In this document: one piece after another, positions 21,122-29,794 of the stretch
Position numbering within the stretch: position 1 is the stretch's first letter
How the letters are laid out: each line of letters starts with the position of its first letter
Origin: Candidatus Spyradenecus sp.
GTDB lineage: Bacteria; Verrucomicrobiota; Verrucomicrobiia; Opitutales; UBA953
DNA length: 64,000 bases
Assembly: GCA_045535075.1 (NCBI GenBank)
Contig: JAZSKX010000017.1
Coordinates: forward strand, 128,001-192,000
Reading direction: 5' to 3'
The notes under the pieces: generated by a model
The model's database searches: none
Told to the model about the DNA's origin: nothing
What the model saw: the letters and a program-made list of their open reading frames with translations, nothing else
Made by a program: the position numbers and the translations under genes

Positions 21122-21508
21122 ATGTCAAAATCTCAATACTATCAAGCGCCGGGCGAAGAATTTTATCTCTTTGAGGGAGAAAGATTGCTGATGGAAGCAA
21201 GTCTTCAGAAATGCACAGTTCCCGTGATTTCAACGTGTGTCCGCTTGACCGATAAACGTCTCGTTTTTTCTGATGTTTCCCGATGGCTTTCGGTGGGCGT
21301 GTCTTGGCTATTTTGGTTTATGAAGCCTACAAAGGTAAGCTCTTCGCTTTTGAAAAGTGAAATTGTTTCAATGGAACTTGCTTCGACTATCGGGCGAAAG
21401 AAGCTGTCGATCAAAACGAAAACGGGAGAGCATATCGCCATCGCTGCATGGCTGTTTTCGAACTCAGAGGTTATGCGAATCATGCAGTGGTGGAAGGACG
21501 GGGAGTAG
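21122..21508 (+). CDS. Hypothetical protein (possibly PH-like fold)
   Basis: ATG-started ORF; LTDKRLVF pattern; fold is a guess. Confidence 0.6.
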   Translation: MSKSQYYQAPGEEFYLFEGERLLMEASLQKCTVPVISTCVRLTDKRLVFSDVSRWLSVGVSWLFWFMKPTKVSSSLLKSEIVSMELASTIGRKKLSIKTKTGEHIAIAAWLFSNSEVMRIMQWWKDGE

Positions 21509-21590
21509 GGGCAAAGCCTGACATCCTCCGAATAACCGAAATCCGATTTTTTCTATTAATACACATAAAAACCATTAAACACACAAAAAC

Positions 21591-22076
21591 ATGAGTAACG
21601 AAACACAACATAACTCTGTGACCAGACAAGCTCGTCCGACGAGCAAGGTGCGCAATATCGTTATAGGAGCCCTAGCGGGGCTCGCTTGCCTTGTAACCTT
21701 GGTAGGTTGCGGAGATAGCCTCGAAGATAAAGCTAAGCCCATCGTTGAGAAAGCTTACAAGAATATTGACCTCAATTATACCTATGAATGCCAGAAGATT
21801 GCAAATCTCGAAGAGATTGGGCCCGGCCGCTACCGAGGAACCGCATTAATGAAGGCGGTGGATTTACCAGATTTTATGATCAAGCAGATGGATAAAATCC
21901 GGGAGGCTGCGAAGAGTCCTACTCAGAAGAAGCATGAGTATGAGGGGCGGATACGCGTACTCAAGGAGAATGAGGAGAGACGCGCTAAACTCCAACGTGG
22001 GGAAGGTCCTGTGAAGAGCAGGACAGTCTATATCGAAGATCTCGGAGACTACATGACAGTTGAGTTCGAGAGATAA
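21591..22076 (+). CDS. Hypothetical lipoprotein
   Basis: Hydrophobic segment ending in LVGC lipobox. Confidence 0.65.
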   Translation: MSNETQHNSVTRQARPTSKVRNIVIGALAGLACLVTLVGCGDSLEDKAKPIVEKAYKNIDLNYTYECQKIANLEEIGPGRYRGTALMKAVDLPDFMIKQMDKIREAAKSPTQKKHEYEGRIRVLKENEERRAKLQRGEGPVKSRTVYIEDLGDYMTVEFER

Positions 22077-22128
22077 TCTCTAAAGGCTACATTTTGCTTG
22101 TCGGTTTTCGGGAGGAAACGCCTTTTCG

Positions 22129-23055
22129 GTGTCTCCCGAGAACCGGTTCTTTAACCCTATCCTTGACTTGCCGGTACGTTTTCCCGTGAACTCCCCAAAA
22201 CAACCAAAAGCACGATCCTCTAAACTAACGCCTTTGCAGAAGTTGTTCATTGAAGTTCTTAAGCGCATTAAGGTACTTAAGAGGGCGGACAATAAACCCG
22301 TTTTCAGCGATTGGGAAAGTTTAGCCGACAAGGATTTTTGCAACAAAATGTTCGATGTAGAATACGCCGTTTTGAAAGAAGGGGCGGCGGGCGAATGCAA
22401 AAAAGAAAGCCCGAATTGGGCGGCAATCGTGGGAGACGTTGATGAAGAATTCCTTTTGGAGTTTCAGAATTGGGAAAGCAGTCTTTGCGCTTCCGGAGTC
22501 CATGTTACCGTTTCCGTCGGCTATGCATGGGATTCTCAAAAAGACGTGCGAGGTGACGAGTTTTGGTGTTCTTTGCGGGACATTCTAACCGCGACGACGA
22601 AAACGCTTCAAGAATCCTACGAGGGCTCGAATGTTTTTATTAGCGTTAAACGTTTACGCGCGTCGCACGGTGGGCTTATTCATAGCCGGATCGTCGAATA
22701 CATCGAGAACTCCGATGTTTTGGTCTTTGATATCGCGGGAAGAAAAAGCCGTAAATACTCCGAGGGCTATAACGCCAATGTTCTTTACGAATTAGGTCTG
22801 GCAATGGCACGGAAAGAGGCGGGAAAAATCTTTCTCTGGAAGCCGGAAAAACTTTCCTTGCCTTCCGATCTCTCGTGTTACCTTTGGACCAACTACAAGT
22901 TAAAAAAGAGGGACGGAAAGATGACCCGGACGCTTGTTGATCGTCGTGGCTTTTCCGCCCAATTCCGCAGCGTTTTAGTCGAATGCATTCGCCAGAAACT
23001 TTGTGAACGAGAAAAGGTGCTTCGGGGACAATCGGCTTTCGATTCTTTGCAATAG
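22129..23055 (+). CDS. Protein with C-terminal nucleoside 2-deoxyribosyltransferase (NDT)-like domain
   Basis: IENSDVLVFDI...NANVLYELGLAMA pattern; start uncertain. Confidence 0.7.
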   Translation: MSPENRFFNPILDLPVRFPVNSPKQPKARSSKLTPLQKLFIEVLKRIKVLKRADNKPVFSDWESLADKDFCNKMFDVEYAVLKEGAAGECKKESPNWAAIVGDVDEEFLLEFQNWESSLCASGVHVTVSVGYAWDSQKDVRGDEFWCSLRDILTATTKTLQESYEGSNVFISVKRLRASHGGLIHSRIVEYIENSDVLVFDIAGRKSRKYSEGYNANVLYELGLAMARKEAGKIFLWKPEKLSLPSDLSCYLWTNYKLKKRDGKMTRTLVDRRGFSAQFRSVLVECIRQKLCEREKVLRGQSAFDSLQ

Positions 23056-23066
23056 TTTTTCTATTT

Positions 23067-24329
23067 ATGGAAGATATTGTTTCCTCGATTGTCGGATTTC
23101 CCTGCAGCCGGGAATTTTTGGAATTACAGGAGTACTATCAACGTAAGTCTTGCTGGGAAATCTTAGGGGTTGCACGGGTGGAAGTGTATCACAGCGCTTT
23201 TATCGCGTGGTTGCTTGATCCGTCCGAGAGCCACGCGATGGGTGTGTTTTGCTTGAGGCGTTTACTTGCAACCGCTGTTCTTGTGGAATCGAAAATAGGC
23301 ACGTCGTGTTGTTCCGAGTGGTTGGATGAAACGTTTCGGCAGGCAATCATCGTGGACAATTATACGATTTCGGATGTTCGCGTAGAAACGGAAAAGGTTG
23401 TTTCATCCGATAAGCCAAGAGACTCCCGCCTTGATATTTTTGTGGAGTGCAAGATTTCAATTGAGAGCAGAGGTCCTTTTGATTTGAAAATGATTATTGA
23501 GAATAAGGTCGGAAGCTCAGAGCATGGGAATCAAACTTCTCGTTACCGAAATTGGGCAGCAAAGGAGTTCCCGGGGGCAAAATTGGCATGCTTCTTTTTA
23601 AGCCCGGAGTTCGGGAGAAAGGAAAAGGCCTTGTCAGAGGCTTGTTTCTTGAAATTCAGCTACCAGCATTTGTTGGAGTATGTTATCACTCCCTTGCTCG
23701 TATCGATGGGGGATTCGCAGGAGCGCGCGAGAGTGGAAGATTATGTGCGGGCGCTTTCGATTTCTACTGGTGTTTACAAACGTGAAGATAAAAAAGATAA
23801 AGGAAATTTTAGGATGGCTATAACAGATAAAGAAAAAGAATTGTTGAAAGCGCTATGGGCGCGTTATGAAAATATCTTACTGGCGGCAGTAGAAGTCATC
23901 GCAGAAGACAAAGCGTTTGCAGAGGGCTTGGGTTTGAGCGAAAAGGACCAAGAGTCTTGCCGCAAAGTCGTTGAACGTGTAAGTGCGCGAGACAGGACGA
24001 AGTATAATCTCAAGTACCAAGGCTGCCGACTTAATGAGTCTCCGCTTCCTAAAAACAGAGTACTTTTTGAAATCGTCAAAAAAATGGAAGCAGTCGGATT
24101 GGAAAATTTTTCATCGCATATTCGGAAGTTTATCAAGGGTTTCGGGAATACTAAGGGGCTTCGCCTCGAAGAAGAAGTAGGCGACAAGAAGCGTTGTCAT
24201 TCCGAGTTTTCCGTCACGTTCGAAGGGAAGATTTATTTAGTTTCGAACCAATGGGGGATAGGCGGAATCAAGGCTCTGAAAAAATTTTTGAACGATGAGA
24301 ATTCAGATTTCAGGATTGAAGAAGTGTAA
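23067..24329 (+). CDS. PD-(D/E)XK nuclease superfamily protein (PDDEXK_4-like)
   Basis: EVYHSAFIAWLLDP, RLDIF, IIENKV..SE..NQTSRY; C-terminal VSNQWG domain. Confidence 0.85.
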   Translation: MEDIVSSIVGFPCSREFLELQEYYQRKSCWEILGVARVEVYHSAFIAWLLDPSESHAMGVFCLRRLLATAVLVESKIGTSCCSEWLDETFRQAIIVDNYTISDVRVETEKVVSSDKPRDSRLDIFVECKISIESRGPFDLKMIIENKVGSSEHGNQTSRYRNWAAKEFPGAKLACFFLSPEFGRKEKALSEACFLKFSYQHLLEYVITPLLVSMGDSQERARVEDYVRALSISTGVYKREDKKDKGNFRMAITDKEKELLKALWARYENILLAAVEVIAEDKAFAEGLGLSEKDQESCRKVVERVSARDRTKYNLKYQGCRLNESPLPKNRVLFEIVKKMEAVGLENFSSHIRKFIKGFGNTKGLRLEEEVGDKKRCHSEFSVTFEGKIYLVSNQWGIGGIKALKKFLNDENSDFRIEEV

Positions 24330-24475
24330 TGCGGGTAAATTTGCAAATTCTCAATTGATCCCCCCTTCTCCCCTTCAGCGACAGATGGTGGATTGTCTTT
24401 TGCTATCTCCTTGTAGCGTGCTAGATCAACATCCTTTCGTGCCGTCGCAGGAACGAAACAGAGAGCTTAGTTCTT

Positions 24476-24521
24476 CGTTCCATTGCGCCGCAGGCACGTA
24501 AACGGATTATTTTTCCCGTCG
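24476..24521. repeat. Right copy of ~45-bp inverted repeat, abutting the purH duplicate
   Basis: CGTTCCATTGCGCCGCAGGCACGTAAACGGATTATTTTTCCCGTCG. Confidence 0.85.
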
Positions 24522-24757
24522 ATTCTTCCCGCATCGCCGTGTGGAAGGCAGGCGAAGCCGGGCTCTCGCTCAAGGGCTCCGTTATCGCGAGCGACGCGTT
24601 CTTCCCGTTTGCGGACGGCCTGCTCGCCGCAGCCGACGCCGGCGCGACGGCCGCTATCCAACCGGGCGGCTCCGTGCGCGACCAGGAAGTTATCGACACT
24701 GCGAACGCACGCGGCATGGCGATGATCTTCACCGGACACCGCCACTTCCGCCACTAA
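24521..24757 (+). pseudogene. purH: Displaced 3' fragment of purH (last 78 codons plus stop)
   Basis: 12 mismatches against 20009-20245; 5' part absent. Confidence 0.92.
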
Positions 24758-24770
24758 GGAAAGATTAAAG

Positions 24771-24815
24771 AAAAGCGTTCCCGCGAAACGGTTTTTGCCG
24801 TGCGGGAACGCTTTT
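24771..24815. terminator. Bidirectional terminator built from an inverted GCGGGAAC pair
   Basis: AAAAGCGTTCCCGC...GCGGGAACGCTTTT. Confidence 0.85.
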
Positions 24816-24819
24816 TTGT

Positions 24820-25275
24820 TTAAAACTCCGGCTTTCGGGAATCAAGAACGAGCGTCACCGGACCGTCGTTGACAAGCGAAACATTCATCATGGCGCCGAA
24901 ACGACCTGTCGGAACGTTTTTCCCCAAGGCTTCGGAAAGCGCGACAACGAATTCTTCGTAAAGCGGAATCGCTTCGGCGGGAACGGCGGCGCGGTTAAAC
25001 GACGGACGCGATCCCTTCCTCATACTCCCGAAAAGCGTAAATTGGCTAACCACCAGCGCTTCGCCGTCGACATCCCGGATCGAAAGATTCATTTTCCCGT
25101 TCCCGTCTTCGAAAATACGCACGCGCGCCAAGCGCGAAACAAGCCACTCGATGTCCGCAGAAGCATCTCCGGACTCCACGCCGAGAAGGACGAGCATTCC
25201 CGCTCCGATTTCACCGACGACGTTCCCGTCAATCGTAACGCCGGCTTTTTTTACTCTCTGGATAACAGCTCGCAT
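24820..25275 (-). CDS. dtd: D-aminoacyl-tRNA deacylase
   Basis: [30 protein letters not shown]. Confidence 0.96.
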   Translation of the reverse strand: MRAVIQRVKKAGVTIDGNVVGEIGAGMLVLLGVESGDASADIEWLVSRLARVRIFEDGNGKMNLSIRDVDGEALVVSQFTLFGSMRKGSRPSFNRAAVPAEAIPLYEEFVVALSEALGKNVPTGRFGAMMNVSLVNDGPVTLVLDSRKPEF

Positions 25276-25408
25276 AATTCGATTCAATTTGAAGTGGAAT
25301 CACCCATTGCATTTTTCAAAATTCCCGGCTTGTTCGAAAATTTCTCTGAAAACTTCGTTTTGCGGGAAAGACGGACAACCCTCGGAAACGGCAATTTGGC
25401 CAAGTGTG

Positions 25409-26233
25409 TCATTGGTTTTCGGATACTTTATTTTCGTTAAGGAGAGCCAAACCCCTGACCGTCAAACGGTATTTTTGGCGGGGATGATTCGGCCTATCCG
25501 GATAAAGCGAAACTGCCACGCCGGATTTCAGTGCCGGACTTAGAGTGTATTCGACAAAGTTTTTACGATCTTTCAAGCCGATTACCGCCATCGCCTCTTT
25601 GACGGAAAGCGCGTTCGTTCCCGTCACCAAAATAAACCGCCGAACATTTTCGCTAAGCTCTCCCCAAACAGCACTCGAACTTGCGGGGGTGATTTCGGGG
25701 GTCGCGGGGCTACTTGCGGGGGTGCTTGTTGCCGCACTTGCGGGGGAAATTATGGGAGTTTCCCATTCTGCGGGAACGTTAATGAGCAAGTGGCAATTGC
25801 TCAACTGATTCATTTCTCCCAAGAGCAGATTTCGAAAAAATCGAACCAAAAATTCAAAATTCGGCGTAATTCCTTTTTTAACGTTGCGACAATTGGCGCG
25901 AACGAGCGCGTTGCGGAAATACCACGAATGCCGTTCAAACAAGGTGTTGTCAGCCTCCTGCGCCTCCGCGTCGTCGGGAAGGCGTGTCGTTCGCGCTTGG
26001 TAATAGCCGCGCACCAAGTCCCGCGCATCGTCGATGGAAATTTCGCCTTCGATGTGGCGCAACGCCGTTTCCTTCAAATATTCGGAAACGTGAAGCCCGT
26101 CCACCGCCTGCAATCCGATTGCCGTTTTCCATGCGGAAGCACGTTCCCGCGTATGCGGTTCGCTCACGCGAAGATACTCGTCGAAATTAGAAAATTCCGC
26201 TTCGTCTTCCCGCAGGTATTCTTCGTAATCCAT
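25409..26233 (-). CDS. VbhA-like/Fic family protein lacking the catalytic Fic core (probable internal deletion)
   Basis: AWKTAIGLQAVDGL N-terminus, SWYFRNALVRAN, C-terminal PNHPRQKYRLT; no HPFxxGNxR. Confidence 0.75.
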   Translation of the reverse strand: MDYEEYLREDEAEFSNFDEYLRVSEPHTRERASAWKTAIGLQAVDGLHVSEYLKETALRHIEGEISIDDARDLVRGYYQARTTRLPDDAEAQEADNTLFERHSWYFRNALVRANCRNVKKGITPNFEFLVRFFRNLLLGEMNQLSNCHLLINVPAEWETPIISPASAATSTPASSPATPEITPASSSAVWGELSENVRRFILVTGTNALSVKEAMAVIGLKDRKNFVEYTLSPALKSGVAVSLYPDRPNHPRQKYRLTVRGLALLNENKVSENQ

Positions 26234-26326
26234 CGGGTTTTATTATGCCCGAAAAGTTACGGAAGCGCGAGAATAAAGGGGGGAGGAAACCTTGCGAAAA
26301 CTCATACTCTTTCCGGAGAAAAGTCT

Positions 26327-26758
26327 TCAGGCGGTTTCCAAGCGTTCCCGCAGGGTTTCGACCGCGAGTTTAATCGCATCGCGCACGCGGCGGTAGCAGG
26401 CGAGTTTTTCTTCGGCTCGCTCGTAGCCTTGAGCCATTTTCGGCGGATCTTCAAACGGCAAATGAACCACACGGGAACGCGCCGGAAAAGTCGGGCAAGA
26501 TTCATGCGCGTTCCCGCAAACCGTGACGACGTAATCGAAATCCGTTTCGCTCAACTCGGAAACATGCTTGGAGTAATGCCGCGACATATCAATGCCAAGC
26601 TCTTCCATCACCTGCACGGCAAACGGATTCATGCCGTGCTTTTCCGTTCCCGCAGAATACGCTTCAAAAAAATCGGATTGCAACACACGACACCACGCTT
26701 CCGCCATTTGGCTCCGGCAACTGTTTCCGGTGCAAAGGAAAAGGATTTTCTTTTTCAT
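26327..26758 (-). CDS. arsC: Arsenate reductase, LMW-PTP/thioredoxin type
   Basis: CTGNSCRSQMAE, VTVC..A.ESCP, FEDP. Confidence 0.93.
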   Translation of the reverse strand: MKKKILFLCTGNSCRSQMAEAWCRVLQSDFFEAYSAGTEKHGMNPFAVQVMEELGIDMSRHYSKHVSELSETDFDYVVTVCGNAHESCPTFPARSRVVHLPFEDPPKMAQGYERAEEKLACYRRVRDAIKLAVETLRERLETA

Positions 26759-26806
26759 AAAGTTATATGCGTTGAAAACAAAAAACGAAACGGTAATGCG
26801 GTTTTT

Positions 26807-27490
26807 CTACAAACCCAAAGTCTGAGTTAATGTAAAATAAATTCCGAGAAACAAAAATCCGATTCCCGTCATTCGTTGTGTCCATTTTTCCGCATTGGAA
26901 ACACAACTGTAAAACTTCCCGATTTTTCCTGCCCCGAATGCAAAAACAAGCGAGAATGCGACGACCGGCAAGCCGCCGGCGGCACCGAACACGCCGGAAA
27001 GCAGGAACGGCGTTTCCGTTTTTATCGCCAAAGGAAGAAGCGTCCCGAAAAAAAGAGCCGCCGAAACCGGACAAAAGCTCAGCGCGAAAATCACGCCTAG
27101 AAGGAACGCGCCGGCAAGTCCCGCTTTATCCATTTTTTTGCAAAAATCGACGTCGCCGCCGGAAGATTTCAATCGCACGGGAACGCTTATCAAATTCAGC
27201 AAAATCAGCGAGACAACTATCAACACCGGTCCGATACCGAGATTCGTGTATTTTTGCAAAATATGAGCAACTTCCGGCACACGGCTCATTACTGCCGACA
27301 ACGCCAAGCCAAGCCCGGCAAAAGTAAGCGTTCGACCGAAAACATACAGAACCCCGGCATAAAGCACCGCGCGGGGAGTCCCGATTTTTCTGCCGACAAA
27401 ACTTACCGCTGCGAGATTGGTTGCCAACGGACACGGAGAAACCGCACAAAGCAACCCGAGATAAAAAGCGCTGAAAACGGCAAACATCAT
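26807..27490 (-). CDS. ArsG-like / CcdA-DsbD-type membrane protein
   Basis: SPCPLATN and FALSFCP motifs, about 6 TM helices, ars context. Confidence 0.8.
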   Translation of the reverse strand: MMFAVFSAFYLGLLCAVSPCPLATNLAAVSFVGRKIGTPRAVLYAGVLYVFGRTLTFAGLGLALSAVMSRVPEVAHILQKYTNLGIGPVLIVVSLILLNLISVPVRLKSSGGDVDFCKKMDKAGLAGAFLLGVIFALSFCPVSAALFFGTLLPLAIKTETPFLLSGVFGAAGGLPVVAFSLVFAFGAGKIGKFYSCVSNAEKWTQRMTGIGFLFLGIYFTLTQTLGL

Positions 27491-28224
27491 TTTTTCAACC
27501 TCGCAATGCCTTCTCGAAGATACGCCCGAAATGCTTCAGGTTGGTGAGCGAACGTCCATACCCGATCGAATTTTTCGAATTCGCCGCCTTTCGCCATGAC
27601 AACGCCGCGCCCCGCGAGTTCGAATTCTCGAATAAAATGTTCGTTTTGGGGAAGCTCAACATTCACGGAAACAAAGCGAACGTCTTCTTCTTCCGCGACC
27701 GTTTCCCGCGTTCGTTTTTCAATCTCGTTGCAGGTTCGGCAACGTTTTTTTCCGTGAAAATAATACACGGTCAAAGCTCCGTCCGAGGCAGGGGCAAGCG
27801 CTTCGCCCGGCTCGGCGGGAACGTCCCGAATCACGGCATAGACAAGACTTCCGAGAGCAAACAGCATCAGCAAAACGCCCCAAAAACGTCGCCGCGCAGA
27901 GCTTTTTTTCTTCCCGCATTCGCAGGAAAATGCGGCGGGCGTGCCCTGCGGCGTTCCCGCCGGAACGGACGCTACGGGTTTCTTATCTCGAGAAACAAGC
28001 AATGCCGCAATTTCATCTGCGGAAAGTACACGCCCCGAGCTCACGACGTTCCCGTCCACCACAAGCGCCGGCGTACGCATTACGCCCGCTTCGACGATTT
28101 TTTCAATCGCCGTTACTTTTTCGATTTCGCAATCGATTCCTTTGATTTTCACCGCGGATTCGACATTGGCAAAAAGCGCTTTGCAACGTCCGCATCCGCT
28201 TCCGAGTACTTGAATCTTCATCAT
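27487..28224 (-). CDS. Fusion of small thioredoxin (MTH895/ArsE-like) and ArsF-like CxxC domain
   Basis: GSGCGRC...TPALVVDG, TM segment, YYFHGKKRCRTC. Confidence 0.8.
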   Translation of the reverse strand: MMKIQVLGSGCGRCKALFANVESAVKIKGIDCEIEKVTAIEKIVEAGVMRTPALVVDGNVVSSGRVLSADEIAALLVSRDKKPVASVPAGTPQGTPAAFSCECGKKKSSARRRFWGVLLMLFALGSLVYAVIRDVPAEPGEALAPASDGALTVYYFHGKKRCRTCNEIEKRTRETVAEEEDVRFVSVNVELPQNEHFIREFELAGRGVVMAKGGEFEKFDRVWTFAHQPEAFRAYLREGIARLKK

Positions 28225-28233
28225 TTTGCTCCT

Positions 28234-29235
28234 TTAAAAAAATGAATGTAATGCGTTGAAGAGATAGCCGGTTAAAATGATTCCGCCGACGCAAATCGCG
28301 ATAAACACGCCGAGCAAACGCGGCTTCACCGCTTTTCTTAACATGATGATTGAAGGCAAACTCAGCGTCGTTACCGCCATCATAAAGGCGAGAATCGTGC
28401 CGAGCGAAGCACCTTTGCCCAACAGAGCTTCCGCAACCGGAATCGTTCCGAAAATGTCCGCATACATCGGCGTTCCCGCCGCAACGGCAAAAATAACGCC
28501 CAGGGGATTTTCGCCGCCGAGCAAACGCTCAATCCACGCAGACGGAATCCAATTGTGGATGAACGCACCGACGGCAACACCGACCAAAATATACGGAAAC
28601 ACTTTTTTAAATGTATCCGTCATTTGATTACGTGCATAAACGATGCGCTCCTTCAACGAAAACGTTCCCGCCTCCTGCCGCAGCTCCGACGCGGATAGAA
28701 GAATAAAATCTTCGACCTCGCTTTCCATGTGTAATTTTTCAATCAGGATTCCTCCCGCAACTGCAATTACCAGCCCCGCTACGACATACACGAAGGCAAT
28801 TTTTGCGCCGAAAATACTCGTCAGCAAAACAAGGCTTCCCAAATCCACCATCGGCGAAGAAATCAAAAACGAAAACGTCACACCGAGCGGCAAGCCCGCC
28901 CGCGTAAAGCCGATAAAAAGCGGGATCGACGAGCAAGAACAAAACGGCGTAACCGTGCCCAGCAAGGCTCCGAGCACATTCGCCCAGAGCCCTCGGGAAC
29001 GCCCCAAAATGCGCCGGCTCCTCTCCGGCGGAAAAAAGCTCTGCAAATACGAAATCCCGAAAATCAGCACACAAAGCAAAATCGTAATCTTTAAAACATC
29101 ATAAACCAAAAAGTGGAGCGAGCCGCCGACACGCGTTGAAACATCGACTCCGAATTTCGTCAAAACCGAGCCGATAAAATCGCTGAGCCACTTCATCCCC
29201 AAAACCTGAATCTGAATGAAATCCCACATATTCAT
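28234..29235 (-). CDS. arsP: ArsP (DUF318) family permease
   Basis: GTVTPFCSCSSIPLF, FLISSPM, LSLPS. Confidence 0.88.
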   Translation of the reverse strand: MNMWDFIQIQVLGMKWLSDFIGSVLTKFGVDVSTRVGGSLHFLVYDVLKITILLCVLIFGISYLQSFFPPERSRRILGRSRGLWANVLGALLGTVTPFCSCSSIPLFIGFTRAGLPLGVTFSFLISSPMVDLGSLVLLTSIFGAKIAFVYVVAGLVIAVAGGILIEKLHMESEVEDFILLSASELRQEAGTFSLKERIVYARNQMTDTFKKVFPYILVGVAVGAFIHNWIPSAWIERLLGGENPLGVIFAVAAGTPMYADIFGTIPVAEALLGKGASLGTILAFMMAVTTLSLPSIIMLRKAVKPRLLGVFIAICVGGIILTGYLFNALHSFF

Positions 29236-29242
29236 TTTATGT

Positions 29243-29264
29243 TATTTTGTTAAAAGACTTAATA
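29243..29264. promoter_or_regulatory. Putative ArsR operator upstream of arsP
   Basis: TATTTTGTTAAAAGACTTAATA, 7 bp from the start codon. Confidence 0.6.
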
Positions 29265-29334
29265 TTAGAAAATCACTTTCCGGAAAATCTAAAACGCAAA
29301 ATCCCAATCCCCAAATTCCGATATGCCGTTTTCC

Positions 29335-29625
29335 TTAACGCTTCTTCTTTGCAACGCACGCGATAACATCGAGCACACACGGGCAAACAAGCCGATAAAA
29401 AACCTGCTTCCCGCGCTTGTCGTCTTCAATAATTCCCGCGCTTTTCAAAACGTTCAGGTGCTGACTGACCGTTGCAAACTTCACGCCGACGGCATCGACA
29501 AATTCGCAGACACAATGCTCCGCGCCGTCGGCAAGCTGTGTAACAATCCACAGCCGAATCGGATGCCCGATCGCTTTAAAAATTTCCGCCTGCGCGGCGC
29601 AACGCTCTTTCTTGTAACGCAACAT
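29335..29625 (-). CDS. arsR: ArsR/SmtB family metalloregulator
   Basis: FKAIGHPIRL, CVCE, VSQHL, VFYRL. Confidence 0.92.
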   Translation of the reverse strand: MLRYKKERCAAQAEIFKAIGHPIRLWIVTQLADGAEHCVCEFVDAVGVKFATVSQHLNVLKSAGIIEDDKRGKQVFYRLVCPCVLDVIACVAKKKR

Positions 29626-29632
29626 AATTTGT

Positions 29633-29654
29633 TATTTAGTTGTATAACATAATA
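29633..29654. promoter_or_regulatory. Putative ArsR operator upstream of arsR
   Basis: TATTTAGTTGTATAACATAATA imperfect palindrome, 7 bp from the start codon. Confidence 0.65.
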
Positions 29655-29737
29655 TAAGACAATCCCCGTCAACACCCAAAATCATGTCTGCGTTCCCGCG
29701 AGATTTCGAAAAAGGAAACGGCGGGAACGCAGGCACA

Positions 29738-29773
29738 AAGAAAGAGGCGACAATTGCTTGCCGCCTCTTTCTT
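29738..29773 (-). terminator. Terminator downstream of catalase
   Basis: AAGAAAGAGGCG...CGCCTCTTTCTT. Confidence 0.75.
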
Positions 29774-29794
29774 CGTGAAAAACTTCACTATTTT

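Larger units (their letters stand above)
20009..24758. mobile_element. Genomic island inserted at purH, bounded by a 238-bp direct repeat; no integrase gene
   Basis: 20009-20246 is repeated at 24521-24758; internal ~45-bp inverted repeat; four cargo ORFs. Confidence 0.8.

Noticed and set aside
24493..24520. Xer dif/pdif site within the inverted repeat
   Set aside because: The TAA/TTA spacer is 5 bp rather than 6 and there is no TTATGTTAAAT-like XerD arm
24539..24757. 72-aa ORF as an independent gene
   Set aside because: It is the duplicated purH tail; the GTG is an internal Val codon with no RBS
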